Source: Octopus bimaculoides (lineage: Eukaryota). Taken from it: a stretch of 64,000 nt of DNA. Shown here in pieces: positions 13,901 to 26,902 of this stretch. Below the pieces are notes generated by a model that was not told where the DNA came from, searched no databases, and saw only the letters and a list, made by a program, of their open reading frames with translations. The position numbers and the translations under genes are program-made. Within the stretch, counting starts at the first letter, position 1. Each line of letters starts with the position of its first letter. The stretch is taken from assembly GCF_001194135.2 (NCBI RefSeq), contig NC_068984.1:27588524-27652523 (forward strand), given 5' to 3'.

Positions 13901-13986
13901 TGTGAAATAAAATCTCTGAAGTAGAACTAGAGTGTTCTACATACCATCACTAATGAGACATGCTGATACAATGCTAAATATATACT

Positions 13987-14026
<40 letters not shown>

Positions 14027-14076
14027 TGTGTGTGTATATATACATAATTATATATATATATATATACATATATATA

Positions 14077-14191
14077 NNNNNNNNNNNNNNNNNNNNNNNN
14101 NNNNNNNNNNNNNNNNNNNNNNNNNNNNNNNNNNNNNNNNNNNNNNNNNNNNNNNNNNNNNNNNNNNNNNNNNNNNNNNNNNNNNNNNNNN
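14077..14191. other. Assembly gap (N) within a (TA)/(TG) microsatellite
   Basis: N run; other gaps at 23909-23924, 33056-33405, 34803-34867, 40906-41588, 48812-48821, 54122-54151, 58768-58777, 62022-62031. Confidence 1.
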
Positions 14192-14289
14192 TATATATAT
14201 GTATGCACACACAATATTCATATATGTATATATATATTTGTTTGTATATGTATTTATATATATATACAAACACGTACATACATATATAC

Positions 14290-14320
<31 letters not shown>

Positions 14321-14527
14321 GACACCACAAAGTTAGGCAACAGGCTAAATTAAAATAAATGAACCATTGAAATACAATGACAGAAATCTAAAATATGGGG
14401 CTTGTTGTGGAATATAAAAACAAACAAATAAAAAGAGACAATTGAAAGTTATTGGAATAAGTCACCAGAAAATTAGAAAACTTTTATCTGAGACTTGATA
14501 CCAATTAATGCAGGAAATTATAATTGC

Positions 14528-14569
<42 letters not shown>

Positions 14570-15152
14570 TATTATGATTATTATTATTATCATTATTATT
14601 ATCTGTATACACAGAATGAGTGTTGATTACTAGAAAATGAAAATTTTATATATTTCCATCATGTTTGAAGGCTTTGGATAGACGAGACGGTGAGTGAGGA
14701 TTTTGTGGTTGGCCAGCTTGTTAAGAAGAGCAACTAAATACTTTATCTTGAAAAGGCATCTGCAGGACACATTAAAAAAGAGGACTAAGATATGGCTAGA
14801 ACTCTTTGATTTATTATTATTATTATCATTATAGAGAGCAGTACATACTATTAAAGTGACACTGGGTATTATTTTTATTATAATTATTGTTATTATTATC
14901 ATTGCATTTTTCTTTTTTCATTTCTATTACTATTTCTTGCTGAGTGTTTTCCCCAAATTATCATATTATTATGCATTATTATCATTATTATAAGTTACTG
15001 TGATAAAACATGCTTTTGCTTCAGAATTGTTATCATTTTAGCATTTTGTCAGGTGATACTACATTTAAGATTAATTTTATCTGAGCCTTTTGCATAAAGA
15101 CATAGTAATCCATTGTTTGTGTTTTCCTACATTTAGCAGAAGATATTAATTT

Positions 15153-15528
15153 ATGAAAAAGTTCTTCCACTCATATATTAGCATCATGACTACTCAATGC
15201 ATAAAATCCCAGCAAAATGTGAACATAAGCAAACACTTTAATAGACAGTAAGCACCAGAAAAAAAAAAAAAAGATAATTTTAATTTCTCAGCAAAATGCA
15301 CTTCTGTCACAAGTAAAAAAATAATAATCTGATAGAAAATAACATCATTTTTAATAATTTCAATGAATAATGACAACAACAACAACAACAATACACACAT
15401 TTTGTCAAACTAGAAAAATGAATGGAAAAATTGAATTTAGTGACAAAGAAGACAATTTGAATGCTACCTCTAATAGACATGATCTAAATACAGATTATCT
15501 GTCAGAAAAAGAAGTTTGCTTTACAGAG
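15153..15528 (+). CDS. Candidate two-exon coding segment (15153-15247 + 15414-15528), product unknown
   Basis: ATG preceded by an in-frame TAA; CA|gtaagc...actag|A phase-2 join; ends GAG|gtatgt; MKKFFHSYISIMTTQCIKSQQNVNISKHFNRQKMNGKIEFSDKEDNLNATSNRHDLNTDYLSEKEVCFTE; no homology recognised. Confidence 0.2.
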
Positions 15529-16499
15529 GTATGTGACAAAATAAGGTGTATCCATACTTCAGTCCTTTAATTAACAGTGACAAGAAATATAAATCTGTAA
15601 CTCTCTATCTCATAAAACACAAGACTCTTTCTTATGCCCATTACAGATAAACTAATTGATCTTCAGAATAATATTTCCTTCATCAGATGAGGCAAAGCAT
15701 ATAGAACTCTGAATAGAATTCAAAACTGAAAATGAAGTAAAAATATCTAGTTGAATTTGTACATCACATATCTGTCGGGAGGTTCATGTTTTAGTACTTG
15801 GAGTGGCATAGTGCAATGGGCAATGTAAAGAATATTGGTAATGACAATGATCTTTGGTTTGTTGTTCTTTTTGTAGCACAGTACAGAAATGGGATAAGTA
15901 GTGAGGTAACCAGGGATCATAAGTAATTATATAGGGTCTGCATTGACATACAAATCCCACTTATCCACCACCACCCATTGCCAAACAAAAGGTCTCTCTG
16001 GAGCTGCATTCTGCCATGAATGCAGAAAAAGCAATGTGACTGGGTGTTTAAGGAATGACTGGTTGCTACTAGTCAGTAATATAAAGCAGTAAGAGTCACT
16101 TGAAGGATCTACAGCCACTGAAAGAGATTGTCTACAAGCAAGGAAGCTAATAACCAGAAAATTGAGCACCAAGAAAACAAGATCCCTTCCATTATTACAA
16201 ACTCATTGTCACAAGATGATGGGGACGAAAGTGAATGTTGAATTTTTCTCTCACCTTGTCTTCAGGGTGGAGCTATCTATTATTTATTTGATTCTATTAC
16301 TAGCTGCATACTTTTGTGAACTACATCTACCAACATCATGAAATACCTTTGAGCCCCCAGAAACAGCTGCCAGATTTGTAACACCATACCTTCTCCCCTT
16401 TAATTTTCTGTCTCCTTGTATTCTGTGTAAGTTTGCTCTGTTAATATATAAATATCTAAATATAAGTAAAAAATTATTATTAAAAAAAATAACAGTTTA

Positions 16500-16762
16500 T
16501 ACCAGTGGCCAGCATGCGTGAAAAACGTCTAAGGACTGCAAATTATATCCAAATATATAATATAAGAGGGCAGCCACTAAGTGGTTCCCTTACATGCTGA
16601 AAGTAGACACCACACAGCCACTCCTACGCCTATATATTTGGAATTTACAAAAAAAAAAAAACAAGCAAAAGATGAAGATGTGTGTAAACAACAAACAGGT
16701 GTATTAGTTTAACGCTCAGGAAGGTGAGAAAGTCTTTTACATTTCGAGCCTACGTTCTTCAA
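16500..16762 (-). mobile_element. Penelope-like terminal (pLTR-type) fragment with truncated hammerhead-like motif at 16732-16762
   Basis: Minus strand ttgaagaacgtaggctcgaaatgtaaaagac followed by a T-rich tail; same family as 38829-38867. Confidence 0.45.
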
Positions 16763-17329
16763 TATATATATATTACATACAGTGACTTATTCTTAACAAA
16801 ATGAAGTTTCATTTCATGAGAAAGATTATTCTCAACTACTCTCATGTATTTTATAGCATAAAACTTTAAATGTTTTAAAGCAGTGTGCTTTTATATTTAC
16901 CATGATTATGTACATTCAAAAGTGGAGAGAACTCTCTTGTCAGAAATATTATCCCTATAGATAAGGATAACACACTAACCTTTGTTCCATAAGGGTCTAA
17001 ACTGACTTGTTTCATCAGCCACAAACACTGAAACTATCATTCATAGTCTATTAAGAACTACTGTTCTTATATAAAAATAGCATGTAATAAATTTGTTGGT
17101 GTATGAAGCTTTGGCAAATTGAAATTGATTAAAGGCACACTCGAAGCAGTTATAACTAAAATAAAGCTATGTACATTTATATTTGACATGTTCATAAACA
17201 TGAGAAGACCATCAATGTTGTAACTGTCTCAAAAGAAACATTTGCTTCATGGATAATGTGAGTGAAAACACAGAGTTACACCATGAATGACATTATCATT
17301 AAGCTTCATCAACTGCTTACATTGGGTTC

Positions 17330-17680
17330 ATCATTCACAGCCCCCTAAATTTGTCCTTCCACAATGAAATACAAGAAGCAAAATTGTCAAGAGTATGTAC
17401 AAGTAAGGTCAGGTCTTTTGACACTTCCAAATAATACTTTTATAAACAATGTTTTACTTTCACATAGCACAGCTTTTCGCATATGTATGCAAACATCTTT
17501 GGCTACTTTCCTTGTTTCAGTTAACTTGCCCACTTGTCTTTCAACTGTAGCCATTCTTCCATCCCAATAACTAATCAGTCTTGGTTTAATCTTCATGTTG
17601 TGCCTATTATTTTTTTCATGTCTTTGGTAGGTTAGCTGTAAGTACTTTATTGAGTCTTCTTACCCAGACTGGCCATTTTA
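17330..17680 (-). mobile_element. RTE-clade LINE RT fragment, decayed
   Basis: WDGRMATVERQVGKLTETRKVAKDVCIHMRKAVLCESKTLFIKVLFGSVKRPDLT resembles the RTE DGR...RIAIAKDAF..M.KVL...L.YG region. Confidence 0.5.
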
Positions 17681-20169
17681 ATAGTCTACATTTGACTGTT
17701 TAAAAAAAAAGCATTTAATGATTTAATCAGAAAAAGGATGATACTATTCAGTGCCTCTGTGTTTGGTACAAAGAAGGGAGGAAGTTACCCTCTGACTACA
17801 AACGTGATCCAAAGGCCTCTATTAAAGTGAACTCCATTAAAATCAACCAAGGGAAGTTAAGTATTCCGTAAAATTAAATCTGATCTTTTGAATTATCTCA
17901 TTGGTATTCAGAAGCAAAGTATAGTCTCATATCATTATTGTTATTTAACAATGCAGTTCCTAGATGTTATCAGGCTTTATACACATTAATATTTTGTTTC
18001 TGATCCATTTTTATTTTGATTAAACTGAGTTAATCATTGTATTGTTGTTATATATTTTAGCATAATCAGTCTTGCAAAATATTCTATGTCAGATGCTTCT
18101 AACTTCTGCTCCTGATTTTATAACTTTCTAATGCCTAATTTAACTTCTAAGCTGTATGTCTTACACATTTATTCTCAAATGTTAATAACAGAAAAAGTTT
18201 TCTTTCTATCTTGGTTGTAAAATATCTCTTTTAACATTTGGAAACTTTGTAGAATGTTGTCTTTATAATGCTTGTGCTTTAGTTCCTCTGAGTTCTTCTG
18301 CAGTCACCTTTCTAGATTTTACAAGATTTCCTTCCGTGTACTATTCATTCTTTTTCCATTCATTCTCTCTCATCATGTTTCACTCTACACCAGCTCTGAG
18401 CATTACAGTTATTTCCTGGTCTTTCTGTCTTTCCCTTTCTGTCTCTTTCCCTCTCTCTCACTTTCTTTCCCTCTCTCTTAAATGTCATACTTAATCAATC
18501 CACATTTTCATTGTCATACAACTTGCAACTCTAACTTTGTTATCTAATATAAGTCTTTTATACTCTAGACACCTTAATCACTGTCTTGTCTTTTCATTAA
18601 TAATATTCCATTACTTATTTACTCATCAAAATCTTGCCCTCCAGGATCCTCTTTATAATTTTTTCCTACCTCTCCAAAAGTGAATTGCTATAGTATCACA
18701 CTACAGTATATGGCTTACAATAAATGTTTATAATGTTAGTTTTAACAAGTCTTAATTCTGATTTCAATTATTATGATATATTATTTTCAGGTTTTTTGTT
18801 TCTTCATTTTGCAAACATCCAAGAATTATACAGTCTTCTTTATTTTTTGTAACTGTTAATTCCATTCTTTATGAGTACTTAAACTCCTTATGCTTTCACC
18901 ATTTTTATACATATAAAGGAAATCAGTGCCATTTTGTCCCTTTCATCTGCTTCTAGCTACCTTGCACTGTCATAGGCTACTTTGAGAAGGGTACAAGTTT
19001 TCTAGTTTACTATTTTAACATTACCCCTTTAACTGCAAAATTAGATTTCATTGTTATTCTAGTAATGCTGTTAAATACTTATCAAAAAAATTACAATTGG
19101 TATTTTCTGCAAGTCACGTTGCTTTGATAAACATGACGTGTTTCAACAAAAAATAGTTTCAAACATGACTTTCCTCAACAAAATATTGATTAGTATATAA
19201 ATCTGTTTTCTGCCGTCAACGGTAATGAAATTTTGAGTGGATATATATCTGATTTCTGTAATAAAAAGAATAACAAAGAGACTATGGCTCATTTGACAGT
19301 GGGGCAGAATATTATCCATGCATTTCTTCAAATAATATGTTGATTAGTACCAGAGTCTTTGTAAAGCAAAATAAAACTAAAGAATAATTTTACTTTGCAG
19401 AATTCCCTATATCACCGAGATTTCATACCTTGCTTAGTTTGCTTTTTATTATCCACAAACACAATCTTGTGTACTTTTAGCATCTCATTTATTAAATCAC
19501 ACTCACTCTGGTACAATTATTTATTTGTAAACACATAATATGCATCTAGCCATGATGTATAGTATTATTCCAGAGGAGTGATATAGTATGTACATATTAG
19601 TTCATCACTATGATTAGAGGTACTCTTGAATTCACTCTTTTATTCTTTATTCTATTATATTTGATTGACTAGTGTTAATAGTTCTTCTACTTGTGCTTGT
19701 TTTGAATTTGCTGTCTGATATCTATAATATTCTGTCACATAATCTGTAAAGTCAAAACTATATATATTTTGTTTTTATATACTCTAGCAATTATTATTAC
19801 AACACTTCTACCATCACTATAAGTGACTCAATCATTATTATTACAATTATTGTTGTATATTATATTTGGTTTTCCTACTTGGCAAGAATTCTCATCATCT
19901 ACTACTCTTAAATAACATGTCACCATCAAGCAGTAATTAAAAATATCCTTTTATCTCTTTTGTTGAACAGAATGCAAGGATATTTATTGTTACACCAATT
20001 TTCTTGGCTTCTCATTGTTATTAATGAAGATGATTCAACAAAAAAGAGTTTTATTATTTTTAGTGGATTTTCCAATAGAGTTTTGTCTTTTATCTCCTGC
20101 ATCTTCTTTGTTATTCCTTCCTTTGCTATTGTTATCATCAGTTATTGTGATCGTTGACCTTGTTTTAAA

Positions 20170-20193
20170 TTAGATTATTACTATTACTATTAC

Positions 20194-20259
<66 letters not shown>

Positions 20260-20260
20260 G
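20170..20260. repeat. (TAT)n microsatellite
   Basis: Direct reading. Confidence 0.95.
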
Positions 20261-20754
20261 TGTCTATATCAAATCACCCAAACAACAAGAGATTTGTTAA
20301 TCTCAAATGTTTGTTTGTGAGACTAGAAACACTTTGAAATACTGAAAATTGTGTTAGTACAATTCATAGAAAATATTTGATAGGAGTCATGTCAAGAATA
20401 TCCGTGTTGCAACTCCTAAAACTAGATGGAAGAAGACAAATAGGACTAACAACTGAGTAAACTGTAATGCCTACGATCTTATTTGCAATTTTGACAGTAT
20501 TTTGCACTTGGTACCTTTGTTTTGATAGACCTGAATTTTAAAATTACATGACAAATGTGCAAATAATTAGACAACGAAATAGTGTTTGAATTTTCTAAGA
20601 ATTTAATACAAATCCAGGGACATCAATCATACTTTTACTTCGCGCAAATATCCAGAAACGTTCTGAGTTGTCCCATTCCATGCTCAGTCAAAGCATAATG
20701 CTAGGTTGATTCTAATATTTTTTCTTAATTTCTATGTTTAACCTTACTGTAGTC

Positions 20755-21160
20755 ATGAGGTGATATAAAAAAAAGTTCCTGGACTAGTTCTGTAGCGTAC
20801 CAACAGATGGCAGCACACAGTTGTGTGTGCAATGAGAGCTAGCAGTGACCTTCATGAGGCAGTGTGCAGAGTGACATTGCTGTGTTTACTTTGCAAGTTA
20901 TGAAGTTTGTGTTTTTGCGATCATGTGTTTGTTATAGTTTGAGATTTTGTCATGGACAGAAAGTTGGAAGAAAAACCCAACGTAAAATTTTGCCTTAAAT
21001 TTGAGAAATCTGTCAAAGAGACATTGAGCATACTTCAGCAAGCTTATGGCGACAAGGAAATGTGTCATATGCAATGATTTGTGTGGCACAAGTGCTTCAA
21101 AAGTGGAAGAACGTTCCTGTAAGCTGATAAGCGATCTGGGAGACCTGCCACAAACATCTC
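20755..21160 (+). mobile_element. Mariner 5' fragment: left TIR and transposase HTH N-terminus, pseudogenised
   Basis: TIR-like atgaggtgatataaaaaaagttcctggact; from ATG 20952 MDRKLEEKPNVKFCLKFEKSVKETLSILQQAYGDKEMCHMQ*FVWHKCFKSGRTFL*ADKRSGRP. Confidence 0.85.
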
Positions 21161-21308
21161 CACATTTTGTCCATTACCTTTCTAATTTTTTTCTACCTGT
21201 TATAACCTTTCCTGTTGTTTAACTGTCTGTCTCTTATTCCCCTCATTGAATTTGTGCTATTTTACACACACACACACATACACGCGCGCGCACGCGCACG
21301 CGCGCACA

Positions 21309-21362
<54 letters not shown>

Positions 21363-23995
21363 ATGCAAACACACTCATGTTGCAAAACTAACATACATGC
21401 TTCATCTTTAATATATCTATATATTATTTTATGTCTACATAAGTAAATATTTATAGAAAGCAATATATAAATGTGTAGATGCATCAAAAAACATACCCAC
21501 AAACATATATATAAGTATATAGACAGGTAAATAATACTGATACATAGATGTTGCCAAAAGAAGTTCCAGTGGGAGAAAATGAGTAGCCAAGATCACATTA
21601 GTATGTGAAAATAGAAATTTGCCAAATGAGACATTAGAGCCATAGAAATAAGATCTACCAGAATTTAACAGGCGTATAATTTCTGAGTAACAAGTTTATA
21701 CTTTTAGCAATAAATCGTTATTAATAGATGTTTCATTCTGAAATATTTTATGACAAAATAGAAATTTTGATAGCTATATTTTTGACACTAAATCTAACAA
21801 ATTAATTAACTTAATATGTATATTAACTTAAAAGGTATGTCCAGTAAAGTCAGTCCTTTTTTTATGAGAGATTTCGTCATATGATTTGAATATATTTTAT
21901 AAAGAATGCAAATCAAAGCATTCCTTGAACAGCAAGGTTTAGATTGACAACCAAACATATAAAAATGCATTTGACAGGGGTTTAAGATTATAGTTAGAAT
22001 TCAAACATAAAATGTTTCTAAGCTCCTTATCTTTTATCTTCTTATCGTTTTATGATAGCTTTCCAGATTCCATGGTTATATAATATTCCCACATTCCACA
22101 CCTGGATGTTGCGTATATATTCTCAACACCCCTACAGGCTCATTGCAGGATTACTAATTTTTTGCCACCTGAATGGACTGGAACAACATGAAATAAAGTG
22201 TTTTGCTCAAGAGTGAAAGGCACCACTTGGTCCATAAATTGAAACCATGATCCAATAATCATAAGTGCAACACCCAAACCATTAACCACACACACTTTCA
22301 CAAAAACACACACACTCAGGCACACATGCAGATGCACACACACATGTACACACACATGCACATGCACACATGTATACACACACACATGCACACACATGAA
22401 CACTAACACACAGACAAACAGGCAGACATGCACACCCCACCACACAGACATGAATGTTAATTTTAGTTTCCTTGCTAGAATGGTGATTTTTCTAATCTAA
22501 TATAGATATTCAATTTGACTAATGAATTTAGTATTCAAATGTCTTATGAATCTTCTTCTTTTTTTACAGTTTTGTAATTCCATCTCGTTAGCATAGGTTG
22601 TTATTGCATCTGTAGGTGTAGTTATCTTTGTTATTATTGTTATTGCAGCTGTTGTTGTAGTTCACTGCTAAGTTGACTCTGATGGAGGAAGACTTATGAC
22701 TAAAAGATTCCTGCTCTAAGCATTCCAACGTTTTTTCACACAGGGCAACATTATCGAATATTTTCTTAATGGTAGTATGTAATTTGAGAGAGACTGTTAT
22801 TTCTTGTAGTTCCCTAGTTTGCATAAATTACATGGTTCTGTGGATTTAGGTATTTGCATCAAATATGTGTTTACAGTGTTTATTTTACTTCTCCATGAAC
22901 ATAATTACGATAGTTATTGATTTCTTATGTAGATACAAAAGAAGAGAAATAAGTAAGTATGGTGTTCATACTTTTACTAGAAGATTAATTATAGATGTGA
23001 AGCAATATAGCTTCCTAAAGGGAGAACAAACATATTACTGACTCAGCTCATGGTAAGTTAAAGTCTTTACTCTGCTTCTACATATTAAACAAGATTGTTT
23101 ATATTATTAGAATCCACACAACCCAGTAGATCAAGAATAGAACAACAAGCAATGAAACAAGTGGACTGTATCATATGTCATTCTAACAGTACTTTGAGAG
23201 CAAAGACAATTATCTCTAAGTAGAAAATATCACTTACATCGAATTCACTACAACAGTATAAGCTGTTGATGCACTATGAAATTGCGAAATATCAAAAAAA
23301 ATTTGTTATTTCCTCATCTGTAGAAATGGCAATGCCCATGGCTTCATTGACCCATCAAGATCAGTGAGTTATATACGGTTAATTTTCTTTTTAAATATTT
23401 TTCAGTAATGAATGCAACTTACCATATAGAGTTTAGAAGAATATGTGTTGAGCATTGAGCTAACAATACTCACCTATAAAAAGTACAATGCTCAAGGATA
23501 GATGATACAAATTCTGCTCAGACAGTAGTATTCAAATGAAATAACAATTATGACTTACTATATAAATTATGTTTAGTTAGAGAAAAAGAACAATAAAGTC
23601 TATAGAAATTTAGAATAAATTTGATAATTTGAATAGTACTCTCATTGTGAATATGGTTTCAAAACATAATTCTGAACTATATATAGTGGTTAGGCTGTTG
23701 CACTCACAATCGCTAAATGTGAGTTTGATTCTCTGACTGGGTGGTACATTGTGTTCTTGAGCAAAACACTTCATTTCATATTTCTCCAGCCCCCCCCCCT
23801 TTGATCAGGGTGAATGTTTGCCTGCTCACCTAACCAGCAGGGTAGCATCAAATATATGTGTATATATGTATACCTAGATATACATACATACATACATACA
23901 TATATATANNNNNNNNNNNNNNNNAGTTGAATTAGATACTTAAGTTGAGGCTCCAAGTCTGTCTAGTATTGTCCACACAGATCGAAGTTAGGTGA

Positions 23996-24176
23996 ATAAA
24001 AAGCAAATAAATAACAAGGATGTCCAGGTATTAGTGCATTACAGCCGTTTCAAGTGGCTCCATTTGGGTAAAGCTTTTTTTTTATATCTGGTACATATCT
24101 TATGGCATTCGCAATGTAAAATTTTTGTTTTTGTTTGTTTGTTTCTTTATATATATACATAAAAATATCATACACA

Positions 24177-24242
<66 letters not shown>

Positions 24243-25476
24243 CATATAAGAAGTAAATAGTGTAATTATAAAATATAGTGTAATCATAAAATATAAAAAT
24301 AATTATAAAAATATAAATATGAATATAAATAAATAAATATAATACCATATTGTATTATGTTATATCATGGTTACAACAGAGAGTAGTTACAAACTCCTTC
24401 ATAATCTATAGAAATTACTCTGGTATATATGAGGGTATATAGATATACAAAATACAATAACATAATATAAAAAAAAGAATAAATGAAATTAATATAGAGC
24501 AGGATAAAAGGAAAAATATTTGTATAAAATTTCAATAAAGGATCTATAAAATGAAAAATGAAAGAAAGAAACAAAAACAAATAAAATATGTACCAGATAT
24601 AAAAAGAGATAAAAGATAAAAGAAACAAGGATAAGTCAAGGTATTCATTATAAAAGCTAATTAAAAAAATAATTAAAAAATAAATAAAATATGATAAAGA
24701 TACCATTGGAAATGGTTTTATAAGATAATTCTAAGATATTGTTACAGGCACAGATGTGTGTAGAATCATGACTGTTCTTGGTGGGTATTTACTATACTTA
24801 AGGGAGGTGTAGTACCTGGTAGTCCATTGTAAATATATTTATTATAACTGATAGGGAAGAAAATCTTAAAACCGAAGGGTAAGTAATGTAATCTAAATAT
24901 AGGAGGGATGCAGATTAAACAGGTAGGGGTTATAAGAGGGCAATATTACATAAAATTCCATACAAAAGAGAGTATTATATGAAAGATATGACACTCCAGA
25001 TAATTTCTGTCACCAAATTATAGTTTAATAAGTAAAATATTATTTGTTTCCAAAATATTTGAAGGTATGGGTGATTCTATGCACACAAGATACCCTAAGG
25101 TCTAATCTGTTATTAATTAGGTTACTTTTATCCATATACTTTAAAATTTTGTAAATTTCCATATAATATAGTTCGCATCCATATCGGCTATCTTTGTATA
25201 GCTGAGCTCCCTGTACTATTTCCCATTTGAGGCTAAATTTACTATTGCTATCCTTAAGGTCTCAGATTTTATTAGATAATAATGTACTGTTAATTTTATG
25301 TCTAAGTCTGAAAGATGAAAGATGGTTATTAAGGAGCTTCTTCAAATCAATTGAGCATCCGATGTAAATATAGTTACTAATTTCAGTCATCACTGTACAT
25401 TTGTAAACAACATTTTGGGTTAAACAATGACCTAATAACGTGCACTGGGATCCTGCCCTACAAGTGCAGCTGGGGA

Positions 25477-25537
<61 letters not shown>

Positions 25538-26115
25538 TTATTATTAGTAATATTACTTCTATTATTTAGAGTACCACTCAAGACCATTGTAGTATTATCA
25601 TGTGTTGTGTCAGTAATGTTTGAGTTATTATATCTAGCAGTATCATTGTTTATATCGGATTCTTACATGTCCACTTTTATTATCAACATCACAGGGGTTT
25701 AAAGCACTATTGACAATGTCATTATTACTAATCCCCCAGGCTAATTTTATATTTCTTCTATTAAATTGGCTTATAATAGTACCTATATTAGGAAGGGTGG
25801 GATATGAGATTCTGATTGTCTTACGGGAGAAGATTTTATTGTACCTATGAGAAGCTGGGAATTTGTTTTCTAAAATCACCATAAATTTATTATATATCTT
25901 AGCAGATATAGCACAGCTAAAAGGAATATTATACCAGACTACATTATTATTTCTAGAAATCTTATGTTTATTAAAGTGGGTCTTATCAATTCTTCTAACA
26001 CCTCTTGAACTCTCTGTTTGGTTATTAAATGTTTGCATTGGTCGATTAAATGGAGCCACTTCAAACAGCTATAATGCACTAATACCTGGACATCCTTGTT
26101 ATTTATTTGCTTTAT
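23996..26115 (-). mobile_element. 5'-truncated Penelope-like element: linker and GIY-YIG endonuclease, with ~66-bp inverted termini
   Basis: ORF 25643-26059 NVVWYNIPFSCAISAKIYNKF...KFPASHRYNKIFSRKTIRISY; downstream CLTQNVVYKCTV...YIYIGCS...HLSSFR...LKWEIV (GIY-YIG, ~25430-25100, one stop); 23996-24065 and 26048-26115 are inverted copies with about 3 mismatches. Confidence 0.85.
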
Positions 26116-26129
26116 ATATATATCTTTTA

Positions 26130-26760
26130 TCTTTCATTTTTTACTTGATTCATTCATTAGACTGTGGATGATTCGATCCCAGTACTTGTTATATTTTGTA
26201 AAGCCTGGTGTTTATTCTATCGGTCCCTTTTTTCCAAACTGCCAAGTTACAGGGACATAAACACCCCAACACCAGTTGTCAAGTGGTGCTGGGCAACAAG
26301 CACATACACAAAGACACACACACACAAACAACACAAAAACACACAAACACACACACATAAGAAATTAACTGTGTAAAAGTCAATATGAAGATTACTCTAC
26401 CCAATGAGAGTTCAATATTACTAAACGTTTCCCCTACATGCACTTACCGTACTACTAATAGTTTCTCATACAGGTGTGCATTCATCAGGCACCTGATGAA
26501 TGTACACGTATACAGGAAACTATTAGTAGTGATAAGTACATGTAATGGAAATGTTTAGTCATATATATAAACATATATGGAGAGAGAGAGAGAGACAGAC
26601 AGACAGATAGATAAATAGATAGATATGTAAATCCAGTCACAATGCTCTGGTTAGCTTGGGGTTCTAGAAGACACTTGGATGAGGTGTCACACAGTGAAAC
26701 TGAACCTCAAACCACATGGTTAAGAAGCAAGCTTCTTAACCAAGCAGCCATTTATGCTTA
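26130..26760 (-). mobile_element. tRNA-headed SINE split at its internal microsatellite by the 26376-26570 insertion
   Basis: Tail half at 26130-26330 and head half at 26620-26760 match the 30385-30780 family. Confidence 0.6.
26415..26564. ncRNA. 150-bp palindrome of two head-to-head minimal hammerhead-like motifs (Penelope pLTR-type)
   Basis: Plus: cac CTGATGA a tgta-cacgta-taca g GAAAC tattaGTA gtg (26490-26531). Minus: gtgc CTGATGA atgca-cacc-tgtat ga GAAAC tattaGTA gtac (26492-26449). Arms about 74 bp. Confidence 0.55.
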
Positions 26761-26785
26761 TAACCATACTTGTGCCTTCACTACA

Positions 26786-26821
<36 letters not shown>

Positions 26822-26871
26822 TTAATATTTCTAATTTTGGGACTGCCATGTTGGCTTGGCGATAACTATTA

Positions 26872-26902
<31 letters not shown>

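Noticed and set aside
22570-22782. Frame FCNSISLA*VVIASVGVVIFVIIVIAAVVVVHC*VDSDGG... suggesting stop recoding by A-to-I editing or a TAR=Gln code
   Set aside because: The hydrophobic stretch is a decayed (GTT/ATT) triplet repeat; three stops in 70 codons is expected by chance, and nothing else indicates an alternative code.
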